NCBI GenBank assembly: GCA_963676795.2
Contig: CAXXTB010000001.1
Coordinates: 1,216,001 to 1,280,000, forward strand
Direction of reading: 5' to 3'
DNA from: Geopsychrobacteraceae bacterium
Lineage (GTDB): Bacteria > Desulfobacterota > Desulfuromonadia > Desulfuromonadales > Geopsychrobacteraceae
DNA length: 64,000 nt
Each line of letters opens with the position of its first letter. The first letter of the stretch is position 1. Below the pieces are notes generated by a model. The model did not search any database, was not told where the DNA came from, and saw only the letters and a program-made list of their open reading frames with translations. Shown here piece by piece: positions 47,668 to 57,190 of this stretch. Both the position numbers and the translations under genes were made by a program.

Positions 47668-48299
47668 TGATCGACCAGGTCTGGGCCTTTCTGGTCGCGA
47701 TTACTCTGCTGACCCTGTTTCCGGGAGTTGATTCTCTGCTGGTTGTCCGGAACAGTGCTCGCGGGGGAGTGCGCGACGGTGTGGTCACCAGTACCGGGAT
47801 CTGCTGTGGACTCTTTGTCCATGCCTCACTCTCTGCCGTAGGGATGTCCGCGATTCTGCTTCATTCCGCCGTCGCCTGGCAGTTGCTCAAGCTGCTGGGG
47901 GGCGGCTACCTCATCTGGCTCGGTGTGCTCAGTCTGCGAGAGGCCTGCAAGGGGCATGCGCCCCGGGGTGCGTCTGGAGACAGTTCGACAAGGGTGTTTC
48001 GCTGGTTTCTCTCTTTTCGGGAAGGGTTTTGCTGCAACCTTTTCAATCCCAAGACCCTGCTGTTCTACATGGCCTTTCTGCCCCAGTTCATCAGCCCGGG
48101 ACGTTCGGCCATTGCCCAATCGCTACTGATGGCGGCCATCCATTTTGGCATCGCCATGCTCTATCAATCGCTGCTGGCCTGCAGTGCGGATAGGCTAAGT
48201 CTGCTGTTTCGTCGCATGCTCTGGAAACGTCTCGGTGAAAGTCTGGCCGGGTTGCTGCTTTTCGGTTTCGGCCTGCGTATCCTCCTGGAAAGGCGCTGA
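47667..48299 (+). CDS. LysE family translocator
   Basis: PGVDSLLV, GGGYLIWLG, NLFNPK, FLPQF; TGATG overlap with proC. Confidence 0.9.
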   Translation: MIDQVWAFLVAITLLTLFPGVDSLLVVRNSARGGVRDGVVTSTGICCGLFVHASLSAVGMSAILLHSAVAWQLLKLLGGGYLIWLGVLSLREACKGHAPRGASGDSSTRVFRWFLSFREGFCCNLFNPKTLLFYMAFLPQFISPGRSAIAQSLLMAAIHFGIAMLYQSLLACSADRLSLLFRRMLWKRLGESLAGLLLFGFGLRILLERR

Positions 48300-48301
48300 T
48301 C

Positions 48302-49537
48302 GTGCCTAACCCGACTTCCACCAAGAATTGCCGACTGCCGTTTCACTATGCCTGGCTGATCGTTATCTGCGGGAGTTTGACCCTGTTCTGCTGCTTCGGT
48401 CTGGCCCGCTTTGCCTTCGGTATGCTGCTGCCTGGTATGCGTCAGACCCTGGAGCTGTCCTATGCGCAGATGGGCTATCTCGGAACGGGAAATTTCTTCG
48501 GCTATCTGCTTTCGATTGCCGCGACGCCCTGGCTGGTCGGCCGTTTGCGGCCGCGCCTGACGATTGTTATGGGGCTGCTGCTGATCGTACTGTCGCTGGC
48601 TTTTCTGGCGGTTAGCCAGAGCTATCTGCAGGCGTTGTTCTGCTATGCCTGGACCGGCTTCGGCAGCGGCCTGGCCAATATCGCCAGCATGGTGCTGATC
48701 GCCTACTGGTTTGAACGCTCTCGACGTGGCCGGGCGGCCGGGTTGATGGTGTTGGGTAACGGAATCGGTATTATCCTTTCCGGACTTCTGGTTCCCTGGC
48801 TCTCTGGGTATTATGCCGAGGACGGCTGGCGCATTGGCTGGGGATTGGTCGCAGTGATTACCGCTGTAATTTTGTGCCTGGTCGGAGCCATCCTGCGCAA
48901 TCGCCCCGAAGCAGTTGGTGCCGCACCCTATGGGCCAAAGGAACAGTTCTCTCCCGGCCCGGTCCCTGTCAGTCATCATCCCGGCCGTATTGTCATTCAG
49001 CTGGGACTGCTCTATATGGCCTTCGGTCTGACCTATATGGTGTACGCCTCTTTCGTCGTCACCAGTATGGTTGAAGAATACGGCTTTAGTCAGTCTACCG
49101 CCGGGCAGTTCTGGTCCTGGGTTGGCTTTTTCGGAATCTTCTCGGGGGTTCTGTTCGGTATCTTGTCCGACCATAGTAGTCGTAAGGCTGGGCTGATGGC
49201 TGTCTTTGCCGTTCAGACCATCGCCTACCTGCTGGCCGGGAGCGGCTTAGGTGTTTATGCCCTCTGGGGTTCGGTTTTCTGCTACGGGATCTGCGCTTTT
49301 GCGATTCCGGCGATTATGGCGGCTGCGGTCAGTGACTACCTCGGGGTGGCCAAGGCGGCGACCGGTTTCTCGCTGATCACCTTTTTCTTTGCCGGCGGGC
49401 AGACAATCGGCCCTGCTCTTGCCGGAATTCTGGCTGAGCATTCGGGGCATTTCAGTTCGTCGTTTCTGCTTTGTGGTCTGGTGACCTTTCTGGCGGCACT
49501 GTTCTGTCTGACCTTGCCCAGGCTTTCTCATGATTAA
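48302..49537 (+). CDS. MFS transporter (YbfB/YjiJ family)
   Basis: GLARFAFGMLLP.M, N.FGY, about 12 TM helices, GQTIGP. Confidence 0.88.
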   Translation: MPNPTSTKNCRLPFHYAWLIVICGSLTLFCCFGLARFAFGMLLPGMRQTLELSYAQMGYLGTGNFFGYLLSIAATPWLVGRLRPRLTIVMGLLLIVLSLAFLAVSQSYLQALFCYAWTGFGSGLANIASMVLIAYWFERSRRGRAAGLMVLGNGIGIILSGLLVPWLSGYYAEDGWRIGWGLVAVITAVILCLVGAILRNRPEAVGAAPYGPKEQFSPGPVPVSHHPGRIVIQLGLLYMAFGLTYMVYASFVVTSMVEEYGFSQSTAGQFWSWVGFFGIFSGVLFGILSDHSSRKAGLMAVFAVQTIAYLLAGSGLGVYALWGSVFCYGICAFAIPAIMAAAVSDYLGVAKAATGFSLITFFFAGGQTIGPALAGILAEHSGHFSSSFLLCGLVTFLAALFCLTLPRLSHD

Positions 49538-49703
49538 TCAAAAAATTACGGGCTGTTTGTTGTTTGATCCGGAAACCTCTGGCTGTAATTGAGCGCAGTT
49601 CAAATAGACAGGCTGACCTGAATTTGCAGGTCAGGCCGTCACACTTTTCCTCTGTTAATCCATCAGTCACATAAACGATAAAAATGATGAAAAAAGTCAG
49701 CTT

Positions 49704-49745
49704 TTGACTTGGGTCAATTTTTTTCTGCTATTCTTTGGTTATTCT
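49704..49745 (+). promoter_or_regulatory. HcpR/FNR-type (Crp-Fnr) operator and class II promoter of hcp
   Basis: Perfect TTGAC-TTGG-GTCAA at 49704-49717 and -10-like TATTCT at 49740-49745, consistent with a site centred near -41.5. Confidence 0.75.
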
Positions 49746-49910
49746 CCTCGTACGCACAGAAACCAGGGCCCCGTTTCCTAACACTACAGCGTTTTTTCAG
49801 TGACCGGCTGATTCATGTCAGCGGTTGTGAGGAGTCAGGCTATGGGAATCTTAGATTTTTTGTTCGGTGCCAAATCACAAACGATCAACAACCTAGAGGA
49901 GGTCAATAAG

Positions 49911-51536
49911 ATGTCAATGTTCTGTTACCAGTGTGAGCAAGCGTCCAAGGGAACCGGTTGTACCGCTGTTGGTGTCTGCGGCAAGCAGCCTGAAGTTGCA
50001 GCCCTGCAGGATCTGCTGGTCTATACCCTGAAGGGAATCGCCTTCTGGGGGAACCTGGCCCGCCAAAAGGGGGCTGTAGATCAGGAGGTCGACCGTTTCA
50101 TGATCGATGGTCTGTTCGCGACGGTAACCAACGTCGATTTTGACGCCAAGGCGATCAGCGATCTGATCGGCGAGGGCGTGCGCCTGCGTGGCAAGACCAA
50201 ACAATTGGTCGGTGCCTATGAGGGGAAGGTTCCTGCCGCCGCTCAGGACTGGGTTCTGCCTGTGACCATTGAAGAACAAGAAAAACTCGGGGCTCTTCAC
50301 GGGGTCAAAGACTACAGCGTTGATGATGACATTCACTCTGTCCGTCAGATTATTACCTACGGGCTCAAAGGCTATGCCGCTTACGCCGATCATGCCCGCA
50401 TCCTTGGCAAGGAATCGGATGAGATCTATGCCTTCACCCATAAGGCACTCGCCGCCCTGCTTGACGACAGCCTCGATCTGATGGCTAACGTCAATCTGGC
50501 GCTTGAGACAGGCCGGATCAACTACGTCACCATGGAACTGCTCAACCAGGCCCATGTCGGGGCCTATGGCCATCCGGTTCCGACGAAGGTATCGCTGGGC
50601 ACCAAGGCGGGCAAGGCGATCCTGGTCACAGGTCACGACCTGAAGTTTTTGGAAGAGCTGCTCAAACAGACCGAAGGAACCGGCATCAATATCTATACCC
50701 ACGGCGAAATGCTGCCGGCCCACGGTTATCCGGGCCTGAAGAAATACCGCCACCTGGCCGGCAACTTCGGCGGTGCCTGGCAGGATCAGCAGAAGGAATT
50801 CAAGGAGTTCCCTGGGGCGATCATCTTCAACACCAACTGTATCCAGAAACCGGCTGACGAATACAAGGACCGCCTCTTCACCTGGGGACTGGTCCAATGG
50901 CCGGGCGTCAAGCATGTCGAGGGCTGGGATTTCTCAGCGGTGATCAAAAAGGCCCAGGAATGTGACGGCTTCGAGGATAACCCGGGGCAGGAGATCCTCA
51001 CCGGTTTCGGCCATAACGCTATCCTTGGTGTCGCCGACAAGGTCATCGATGCGGTCAAGGCCGGTGCTATCAAGCACTTCTTCCTGGTCGGTGGTTGTGA
51101 CGGTGCCAAGAGCGGCCGTAACTACTACACCGAATTTGTTGAGAAAGCGCCAAAGGATACCGTGATCCTGACCCTGGCCTGTGGCAAGTACCGCTTCAAC
51201 AAGCTCGACCTCGGAGATATCGGTGGTATTCCACGCCTGCTCGATGTCGGTCAGTGTAATGATGCTTACAGCGCTATCCAGGTTGCCGTCGCTCTGGCCA
51301 ATGCCTTTGAGTGCGAGGTCAACGAGTTGCCACTGTCGTTGATTCTTTCCTGGTATGAGCAGAAAGCCGTTGCGATTCTGCTGACCCTGCTCCACCTGGG
51401 AATCAAGAACATCAAACTGGGGCCAAGCCTGCCGGCGTTCATTACCCCGAATGTTCTTAACTTCCTGGTCGAGAACTACAACATCGCGCCGATCGCCGCA
51501 ACGGCTGAAGAGGATCTCAAAGCGATTCTTGGCTAA
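49911..51536 (+). CDS. hcp: Hybrid cluster protein (hydroxylamine reductase); alternative upstream start at 49842
   Basis: MFCYQCEQ..GC..GVCGK, TNVDFD, TGHDL, YTHGEMLPAHGYP, NTNC, GGCDG, LACGKY, GQCNDAYS, SWYEQKA. Confidence 0.97.
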   Translation: MSMFCYQCEQASKGTGCTAVGVCGKQPEVAALQDLLVYTLKGIAFWGNLARQKGAVDQEVDRFMIDGLFATVTNVDFDAKAISDLIGEGVRLRGKTKQLVGAYEGKVPAAAQDWVLPVTIEEQEKLGALHGVKDYSVDDDIHSVRQIITYGLKGYAAYADHARILGKESDEIYAFTHKALAALLDDSLDLMANVNLALETGRINYVTMELLNQAHVGAYGHPVPTKVSLGTKAGKAILVTGHDLKFLEELLKQTEGTGINIYTHGEMLPAHGYPGLKKYRHLAGNFGGAWQDQQKEFKEFPGAIIFNTNCIQKPADEYKDRLFTWGLVQWPGVKHVEGWDFSAVIKKAQECDGFEDNPGQEILTGFGHNAILGVADKVIDAVKAGAIKHFFLVGGCDGAKSGRNYYTEFVEKAPKDTVILTLACGKYRFNKLDLGDIGGIPRLLDVGQCNDAYSAIQVAVALANAFECEVNELPLSLILSWYEQKAVAILLTLLHLGIKNIKLGPSLPAFITPNVLNFLVENYNIAPIAATAEEDLKAILG

Positions 51537-51556
51537 AAACTGTAGAAGTGAAATAG

Positions 51557-51592
51557 AAAAGAGGCTGTCCGTGACGGGCAGCCTCTTTTTTT
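51557..51592 (+). terminator. Rho-independent terminator after hcp
   Basis: AAAAGAGGCTGTCC-GTGAC-GGGCAGCCTCTTTT followed by T residues. Confidence 0.88.
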
Positions 51593-51609
51593 CAGCGTTT
51601 ATCTGGAAT

Positions 51610-51711
51610 CCCTTCTCCCATCGGGGAGAATGTGCCCCAAAGGGGCGGATGAGGGGGGGCTTTTGCCGCAAGGGTTTCCCCTCACCCTGGCCCTCTCCCC
51701 AAGGAGAGGGA
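51610..51711. repeat. GC-rich inverted palindrome doublet (REP/BoxC-like)
   Basis: CCCTTCTCCC..GGGAGAA..GGATGAGGGG, then CCCCTCACCCTGGCCCTCTCCCCAAGGAGAGGGA, between convergent genes. Confidence 0.65.
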
Positions 51712-51740
51712 ATGTTCTGAGTTTTGTTCAATGCCCGATT

Positions 51741-52556
51741 TTACGAGTCTTCCCAGCTCAGTTCATCAACGTAATGTTTACCCACAATTTCCAGTAACCC
51801 CTCATGAACCTGCGGAAATCCGCAGATCAGGACCCTGTCCCGATAGGGAGAGTAGTTTTCGCCCTTCTGATTGGTCATGACACAGCCGATCTCCTCAAGA
51901 AACAGCAGCGCGGCAGCGACATCGTAGGGCTGCAGGTCGCTCTCCCAGAATCCCTGGAGGAAGCCGGCGGCGACATAGCTGAGGTCGATGGCCGCGGCAC
52001 CGAAGCGACGCATGTCGCGGCATTGGCCGAGCAGGTCTTCGGCGCAGGCGAAGAAGGGCTTGATCAGGTCGGGGGAGCGGAACGGAAAACCGGTGCCGAT
52101 CAGTGCCTGGCCAAGAGCGCCCTGGAAGCTTTGGGTCAGCGGCTTGCCGTTACGAAAGACGCCTTTGCCGCGCAGGGCGCTGAAACATTCGCTTGAGGCC
52201 GGACGCAGGATGACGCCGAGCATGATCCGGCCGTCCTGCTCCAGGGCGACCGAAATGCAGAACTGATCGAGACCGCTTAAGAAGTTGGTCGTTCCGTCGA
52301 GGGGGTCGACGATCCAGCGCAGACTTTCAGAGCCACTGGTGCCGGTCTCTTCGCCGAAAAATCCCGCAGTGGGGAGCAGCGCGCTCAGCCCTTCATGGAG
52401 CATCTTTTCCGAGGTGACGTCGACCTCGGAGACGAATTCGCGGGCCAGTTTCTCTTCGCCGCTGCCGGGTGGCAGGCTGCGGAATTTGGAGAGTTGGTAA
52501 GCACCGACCTTGCGGGTCAGTTCAATAACAGTATCAAGCAGTTTCTGGTCGTGCAT
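51741..52556 (-). CDS. Inositol monophosphatase family protein
   Basis: VSEVD..SE, GEE, WIVDPLDGTTNF, GTGFP, RRFGAAAIDL, PYDVAA. Confidence 0.93.
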   Translation of the reverse strand: MHDQKLLDTVIELTRKVGAYQLSKFRSLPPGSGEEKLAREFVSEVDVTSEKMLHEGLSALLPTAGFFGEETGTSGSESLRWIVDPLDGTTNFLSGLDQFCISVALEQDGRIMLGVILRPASSECFSALRGKGVFRNGKPLTQSFQGALGQALIGTGFPFRSPDLIKPFFACAEDLLGQCRDMRRFGAAAIDLSYVAAGFLQGFWESDLQPYDVAAALLFLEEIGCVMTNQKGENYSPYRDRVLICGFPQVHEGLLEIVGKHYVDELSWEDS

Positions 52557-52557
52557 T

Positions 52558-53691
52558 TCAGATCTTTCGTTCTTTCCGGGTGAAATAGCGGTTGTAGGGG
52601 TTGATGATCTGTCGATACTGGCGGATCTCTGTGAAGAAAATATTAATGATACTGAAAATCGGCACGCCGATGATCATGCCGAGTACGCCATAGAGCTTGC
52701 CGCCCATGACGATCGCCAGGATCACCCAGATCGGGTGCAGGTTCGAGACCCTGGAGATCAGGACCGGAATCAGGATGAAGTTGTCGACGATAATCTGGGC
52801 GATCAACAGGTAGACACAGAGGATCCACCAGAACTGGCCGCCGATCCCAAGGTCGACCATGGCGATGATCAGCCCCGGTAGCATGCCGATAATCGGTCCG
52901 ATGTAGGGGACCAGATTGGTCACCCCGGCGACGATGGCCAGCAGCGGGACATAGCGCAGATCGGTCAACGACAGGCCGACCCAGACCACCAGACCGACGA
53001 TCATGGCTTCGATGATCCGGCCACGGATAAAGTGGGTCAGCTGCCAGCTGATGTGCGAATAGATGTCGAGAACGATTTCAAAATAGCGGTTCGGCGCCAG
53101 GCCGATCAGGCTCTTCATGATCCGCCGGCTGTCGCGCAGGAAGAAGAAGGAAAAGAGCGGGACCAGGATCAGCATGCTGCCGATGCGCAGCGCCGAACGC
53201 GGGGTACTGAGCAGGATCGAACCGACGTAGTTCTGGGCCCAGTGGTGCAGTTCGTTGGCAATGTCGTAATTTTTTATGATCGGAAAATGATTCTGGGAAA
53301 CCAGCAGCAGATTGTTAAGGTAATCGATGGCGTGGCCGATATAGCGCGGGAAGTCGCCACGCAGCGCGTTGAACATCCCTTTCCAGTGCTGTGGGCTGAT
53401 CAGCGAGAAAAGAATCGCCACGACGACCGAGACCAGGACATAGACGATGAAGATGCTGATGGTCCGGTTGATGAAGCGCCCTTCAAAAAAGCTGACCAGC
53501 GGCTCGAGCAGGAAGGAAACGATGAGTGCCAGCAGGATCGGCAGAAACAGGCCGGATGTCGCTGCTTTGAGCAGGGCCGTGAAAGAGGTGGCCGAGGAGT
53601 AGATGAAGATCCCCGAGGCGATAGCCGTCGTCAACACCAGGTAGAGGACAGCGGTCTGGGCACGGTTGAAGTTGTTTCCTGACTCAGTCAT
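52558..53691 (-). CDS. AI-2E family transporter (PerM/TqsA-like)
   Basis: FLLEPLV, FFFLRD, FIRG, NLVPYIGP, NFILIP, LHP, GVLGMIIGVP. Confidence 0.9.
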   Translation of the reverse strand: MTESGNNFNRAQTAVLYLVLTTAIASGIFIYSSATSFTALLKAATSGLFLPILLALIVSFLLEPLVSFFEGRFINRTISIFIVYVLVSVVVAILFSLISPQHWKGMFNALRGDFPRYIGHAIDYLNNLLLVSQNHFPIIKNYDIANELHHWAQNYVGSILLSTPRSALRIGSMLILVPLFSFFFLRDSRRIMKSLIGLAPNRYFEIVLDIYSHISWQLTHFIRGRIIEAMIVGLVVWVGLSLTDLRYVPLLAIVAGVTNLVPYIGPIIGMLPGLIIAMVDLGIGGQFWWILCVYLLIAQIIVDNFILIPVLISRVSNLHPIWVILAIVMGGKLYGVLGMIIGVPIFSIINIFFTEIRQYRQIINPYNRYFTRKERKI

Positions 53692-54217
53692 GGCGGGCAC
53701 TTTCCAGGGCTCTGTTCAGCTGCTTGCGGGTTTCTTCAAGCTGCTGGTTGCAGTGCAGCAGGCGATCGCCGATGATCCGGTTGAGTCCAAGCAGGATCCT
53801 GGCCATCGACTGGGGGTGTTGTTTGACGGCAGCGATCATGTCGGAACGGAACAGGCCAACCAGCACCGTGGGCTCAAGCGCTTTTGCCGAGGCGCTGCGC
53901 GCGCGTGACGCCGTCAGGGCGATCTCGCCGAAGAAGTCCCCCTGTTCCAGTAACGCCAGAGAGTGTTCATGGTCAAGATCGTCGTTGGTAAAGATCTGGA
54001 CTTTGCCGGTGCGGATGATATACATCCCGGTGCCGAGGTCGCCCTGGCCGAAGATCGCTTCGTCGGCCTGGTAGGTACGGATATGCACCAGGCTCTCCAG
54101 GCACTTCAGGTCGCGGCGGTCAAGCTTGACGAAAAAGGGGAGGGTGCTCAAAAAATAGCGAAGACTGTCTTCTGAACCGCGTCTGCGGAAAATGTTGTGC
54201 CAGACTGGATTGATCAT
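53684..54217 (-). CDS. Stand-alone cyclic nucleotide-binding domain protein
   Basis: IFGQGD.GTGMYII.TG.V and phosphate-binding cassette GDFFGEIAL...RSASA; no HTH. Confidence 0.88.
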   Translation of the reverse strand: MINPVWHNIFRRRGSEDSLRYFLSTLPFFVKLDRRDLKCLESLVHIRTYQADEAIFGQGDLGTGMYIIRTGKVQIFTNDDLDHEHSLALLEQGDFFGEIALTASRARSASAKALEPTVLVGLFRSDMIAAVKQHPQSMARILLGLNRIIGDRLLHCNQQLEETRKQLNRALESARHD

Positions 54218-54360
54218 GAAGCCCTCAGGGGTCTGAAAGAGGTCAATGCGGCGGCTGTTCTTTTGCAACATTATACCTATAAGTTCACCCAGTTCCAGAA
54301 AAAAGCCGGAATCGTTCAGCGGTACTTTATCTTGTGCTCGGGAATGCTTATGCTATGGCC

Positions 54361-56190
54361 ATGATAGAGATCGATTTACAGAAATACCCGCTGCTCCCCG
54401 GTGTCTACCAGATGTACAGCGCCGAAGGAGAGGTCCTTTACGTCGGCAAGGCCAAGCAGCTGCGCAACCGCCTGCGCAGTTACTTTTCACCAGGCGGTGA
54501 CGGGCGCCTGCATATTCCGTTGCTGATGGAAAAGGTCGAGCGGATCGAGGTGATCGTCACCGACACCGAAAAGGAAGCGCTGCTGCTTGAGAATACTCTG
54601 ATCAAGAAGTACCGGCCGCGTTACAATATCGAACTGCGTGACGATAAAACCTACGTCTCGGTGCGTATCGACCTGAATGATCCTTTTCCGATGATGCAGG
54701 TCGTCCGCCAGGTCAAGGATGACGGCGCTGAGTATTTCGGTCCCTATTCTTCAGCCTCGGCAATCCGTGAGACGCTCAAGGAGATCTACCGGATCTTTCC
54801 CCTGCGCCATGCCTCACAGGAGCGCTGCGCCAAACGCGGCCGTCCCTGCCTTTTTCACCAGATCGGCCAGTGCAGTGCCCCCTGTCACGGCAAGATCAAC
54901 CGCAGTGAATACCGCAAACTGGTCGACGGCGTTATCCAGCTGCTCGAAGGGCGTGAGTCGGAGGTGATCAAACGTCTCAAGGCGAGAATGGACAAGGCCT
55001 CGGAACTGATGAACTTTGAGGAGGCTGCACGTTTGCGGGATCAGATCCGTTCCATCGAAAAGAGCGTCGAAAAACAGAAGGTCACAGATTTTGGCGGTGG
55101 TAACCAGGATGTGATCGGTCTGCACGAGGATGGCGGTGAGGTTGAGATCGCCCTGTTGTTCATCCGCCAGGGGAAGCTGATTGGCCGGCGCACCTTTCTC
55201 CAGGAATGGAAGCTTGATCTGCCGGAACTGCTTAGCGGTTTTCTCCAGGAATACTATGCCGGTGAGGTCGTGCTGCCCGATCAGGTGCTGCTCCCCTTCG
55301 ATTTCGAAAGCTCCGAGCTGCTTGCCGAGTGGTTGAGTGACAAGCGCGGCCGTAAGGTGCGCCTGCAGGTGCCGCAGCGCGGTGAGAAAAAGCGGCTCTG
55401 CGATCTGGCCCAGCGCAACGCCAGCGAGGCCTACAAACAGCGGGGCAAGCGTCAGCAGGCGCGCGATGAACTGCTGGCCGAATTGCAGAGTAAATTCGAT
55501 CTGGCGCAATTGCCGCAGCGGATCGAATGTTTCGATATCTCCAACGTCCAGGGCAATCAGTCGGTCGGCAGCATGGCGGTGCTGCTTGGCGGCGAGGCGG
55601 CTCCGGCCGAGTACCGGCGCTTTCGCATCAAGACGGTGGTCGGTGCCGATGATTACGCCTCTTTGACCGAGGTGGTCAGCCGCAGGCTGGAGCGCGGTCT
55701 TGCCGAAGAGAACCTGCCCGACATGATCCTGATCGACGGCGGCAAGGGGCAGCTCGGTGTTTTGACTGAGGTGCTGGAAAAATACGCCCTGAGCGGCAGG
55801 ATCGGCGCGGTCGGCATCGCCAAGAGCCGGGTCTTTGCCAATGTGCGCGGCAAGGCGGTCGAGCGCAGCGAAGAGCGCTTCTTTCTTCCCGGGCGCAAGA
55901 ACCCGGTCAATTTCCGCAGTGGTTCAGCGGCTCTCTTCCTGCTCGAACGGCTGCGTGACGAAGCCCACCGTTTCGCCATCACCTATCATCGTAAACTGCG
56001 CGGTAAACAGCAGCTGCGCTCATCCCTCGAGGATATTCCCGGGGTCGGGCCTGCGAGGCGCAAGGCCCTGCTCAAGCATTTCGGCAGTCTGAAGAAGATT
56101 CGCGAGGCCAGTCGTGAAGAGTTACAGCAGATGCCGGGACTGCCGGCGGAGCTGGCGGAGCGGGTCTATTTGACCTTTCACTCTGAATAA
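54361..56190 (+). CDS. uvrC: Excinuclease ABC subunit C
   Basis: GIY-YIG PGVY..LYVGKAK.LRNRLRSYF, RIECFDIS, ILIDGGKGQ, RDEAHRFAI, HhH IPGVG. Confidence 0.97.
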   Translation: MIEIDLQKYPLLPGVYQMYSAEGEVLYVGKAKQLRNRLRSYFSPGGDGRLHIPLLMEKVERIEVIVTDTEKEALLLENTLIKKYRPRYNIELRDDKTYVSVRIDLNDPFPMMQVVRQVKDDGAEYFGPYSSASAIRETLKEIYRIFPLRHASQERCAKRGRPCLFHQIGQCSAPCHGKINRSEYRKLVDGVIQLLEGRESEVIKRLKARMDKASELMNFEEAARLRDQIRSIEKSVEKQKVTDFGGGNQDVIGLHEDGGEVEIALLFIRQGKLIGRRTFLQEWKLDLPELLSGFLQEYYAGEVVLPDQVLLPFDFESSELLAEWLSDKRGRKVRLQVPQRGEKKRLCDLAQRNASEAYKQRGKRQQARDELLAELQSKFDLAQLPQRIECFDISNVQGNQSVGSMAVLLGGEAAPAEYRRFRIKTVVGADDYASLTEVVSRRLERGLAEENLPDMILIDGGKGQLGVLTEVLEKYALSGRIGAVGIAKSRVFANVRGKAVERSEERFFLPGRKNPVNFRSGSAALFLLERLRDEAHRFAITYHRKLRGKQQLRSSLEDIPGVGPARRKALLKHFGSLKKIREASREELQQMPGLPAELAERVYLTFHSE

Positions 56191-56227
56191 CAAATCTGCA
56201 TCGCGGTTCTATTTTGATCCATAAACA

Positions 56228-56259
56228 ACAAGCCCCGGAGTCTGAACTCCGGGGCTTGT
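56228..56259. terminator. Bidirectional terminator between convergent genes
   Basis: ACAAGCCCCGGAGT-CTGA-ACTCCGGGGCTTGT. Confidence 0.8.
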
Positions 56260-56295
56260 CTTTAGAAGGTCTTTGGGGCTTGGTCCGCTCAGCTA

Positions 56296-57090
56296 TTATT
56301 CAGCCGTAACCTCGGCCCCTTCGACGATCAGGGCATATTTGTAGCCGAAGCCGAAATCCTTGTCAGCGGTCAGCTGCCCTTTGATGATGACCATATCGCC
56401 GACCTTGACCTGGGTGTTACTGGTGACGGTCAGATCGTTGTTTGCGCCTTCCGCAGAGCCGCTGCCGTCCTGGATGTGCAGCCAGTTGGTGCCCATGATC
56501 TGCGGGCTGAATTTGACCACCTTGCCGCGTACGGTGACGTTGTTACCGGCGTACTGCTCTTTCTGGCTGTAGATCTCTGCGATGGTCTGGCCGCCGTCAG
56601 CTTTGACGATATTGCTCAGGTCAAATTGAGGTGCGGTCTGTCCGTTCAGGGGCGGGTGCCCAGGGGGGAGCTGGACAGTTGCGCTGTCTGCCGATTCATC
56701 AGCCGGGTTGCTGGCATTGAGTACAGCTTCGACGAAATAGACCACAGGGAAATCCCGGTTGAGGCTCTGGCTGTGGTAGTTGGTCATCGCCATTCCTGAG
56801 GGAATGATAACGTTGTCCCCCGTATTGACACTGAACTGCGGGGCCGCCGCCCAGATTTTTTCGCTGCCGGTATCAATCTGTACATAGGTGTAGCCAGCTG
56901 CATCCATGGTTTCGCTGACAGTTCCGGAGGCCCCGTTAAAACCGCCGGAATTGCTGGCCGGTCTCTGGACAGGGGGCACTTCGGTTGCTGTCTGTTGGAC
57001 CTCGGCTCGGGTTTCTTTGTCTTTGCAGGCGGAAAGCAGTGCGACGGAACAAAGAAGCATTGTGATCACTACAGTGTTTTTCACGTTCAA
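56296..57090 (-). CDS. Lipoprotein with two OB-fold-like domains
   Basis: Lipobox LLSAC; GYTYVQ..WAA domain, LPPGHPP linker, VRGKVVK..IMGTNWLHIQDG..DFGFGY domain. Confidence 0.8.
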   Translation of the reverse strand: MNVKNTVVITMLLCSVALLSACKDKETRAEVQQTATEVPPVQRPASNSGGFNGASGTVSETMDAAGYTYVQIDTGSEKIWAAAPQFSVNTGDNVIIPSGMAMTNYHSQSLNRDFPVVYFVEAVLNASNPADESADSATVQLPPGHPPLNGQTAPQFDLSNIVKADGGQTIAEIYSQKEQYAGNNVTVRGKVVKFSPQIMGTNWLHIQDGSGSAEGANNDLTVTSNTQVKVGDMVIIKGQLTADKDFGFGYKYALIVEGAEVTAE

Positions 57091-57190
57091 CCTCAGCTCA
57101 AAAGGGTGATTACTATATTTTGTTTGTTACGAGTCAGGATAGCATATGGTGTGAAAATCTCACAAGCCATCAGCAATGTAACTTACATTT

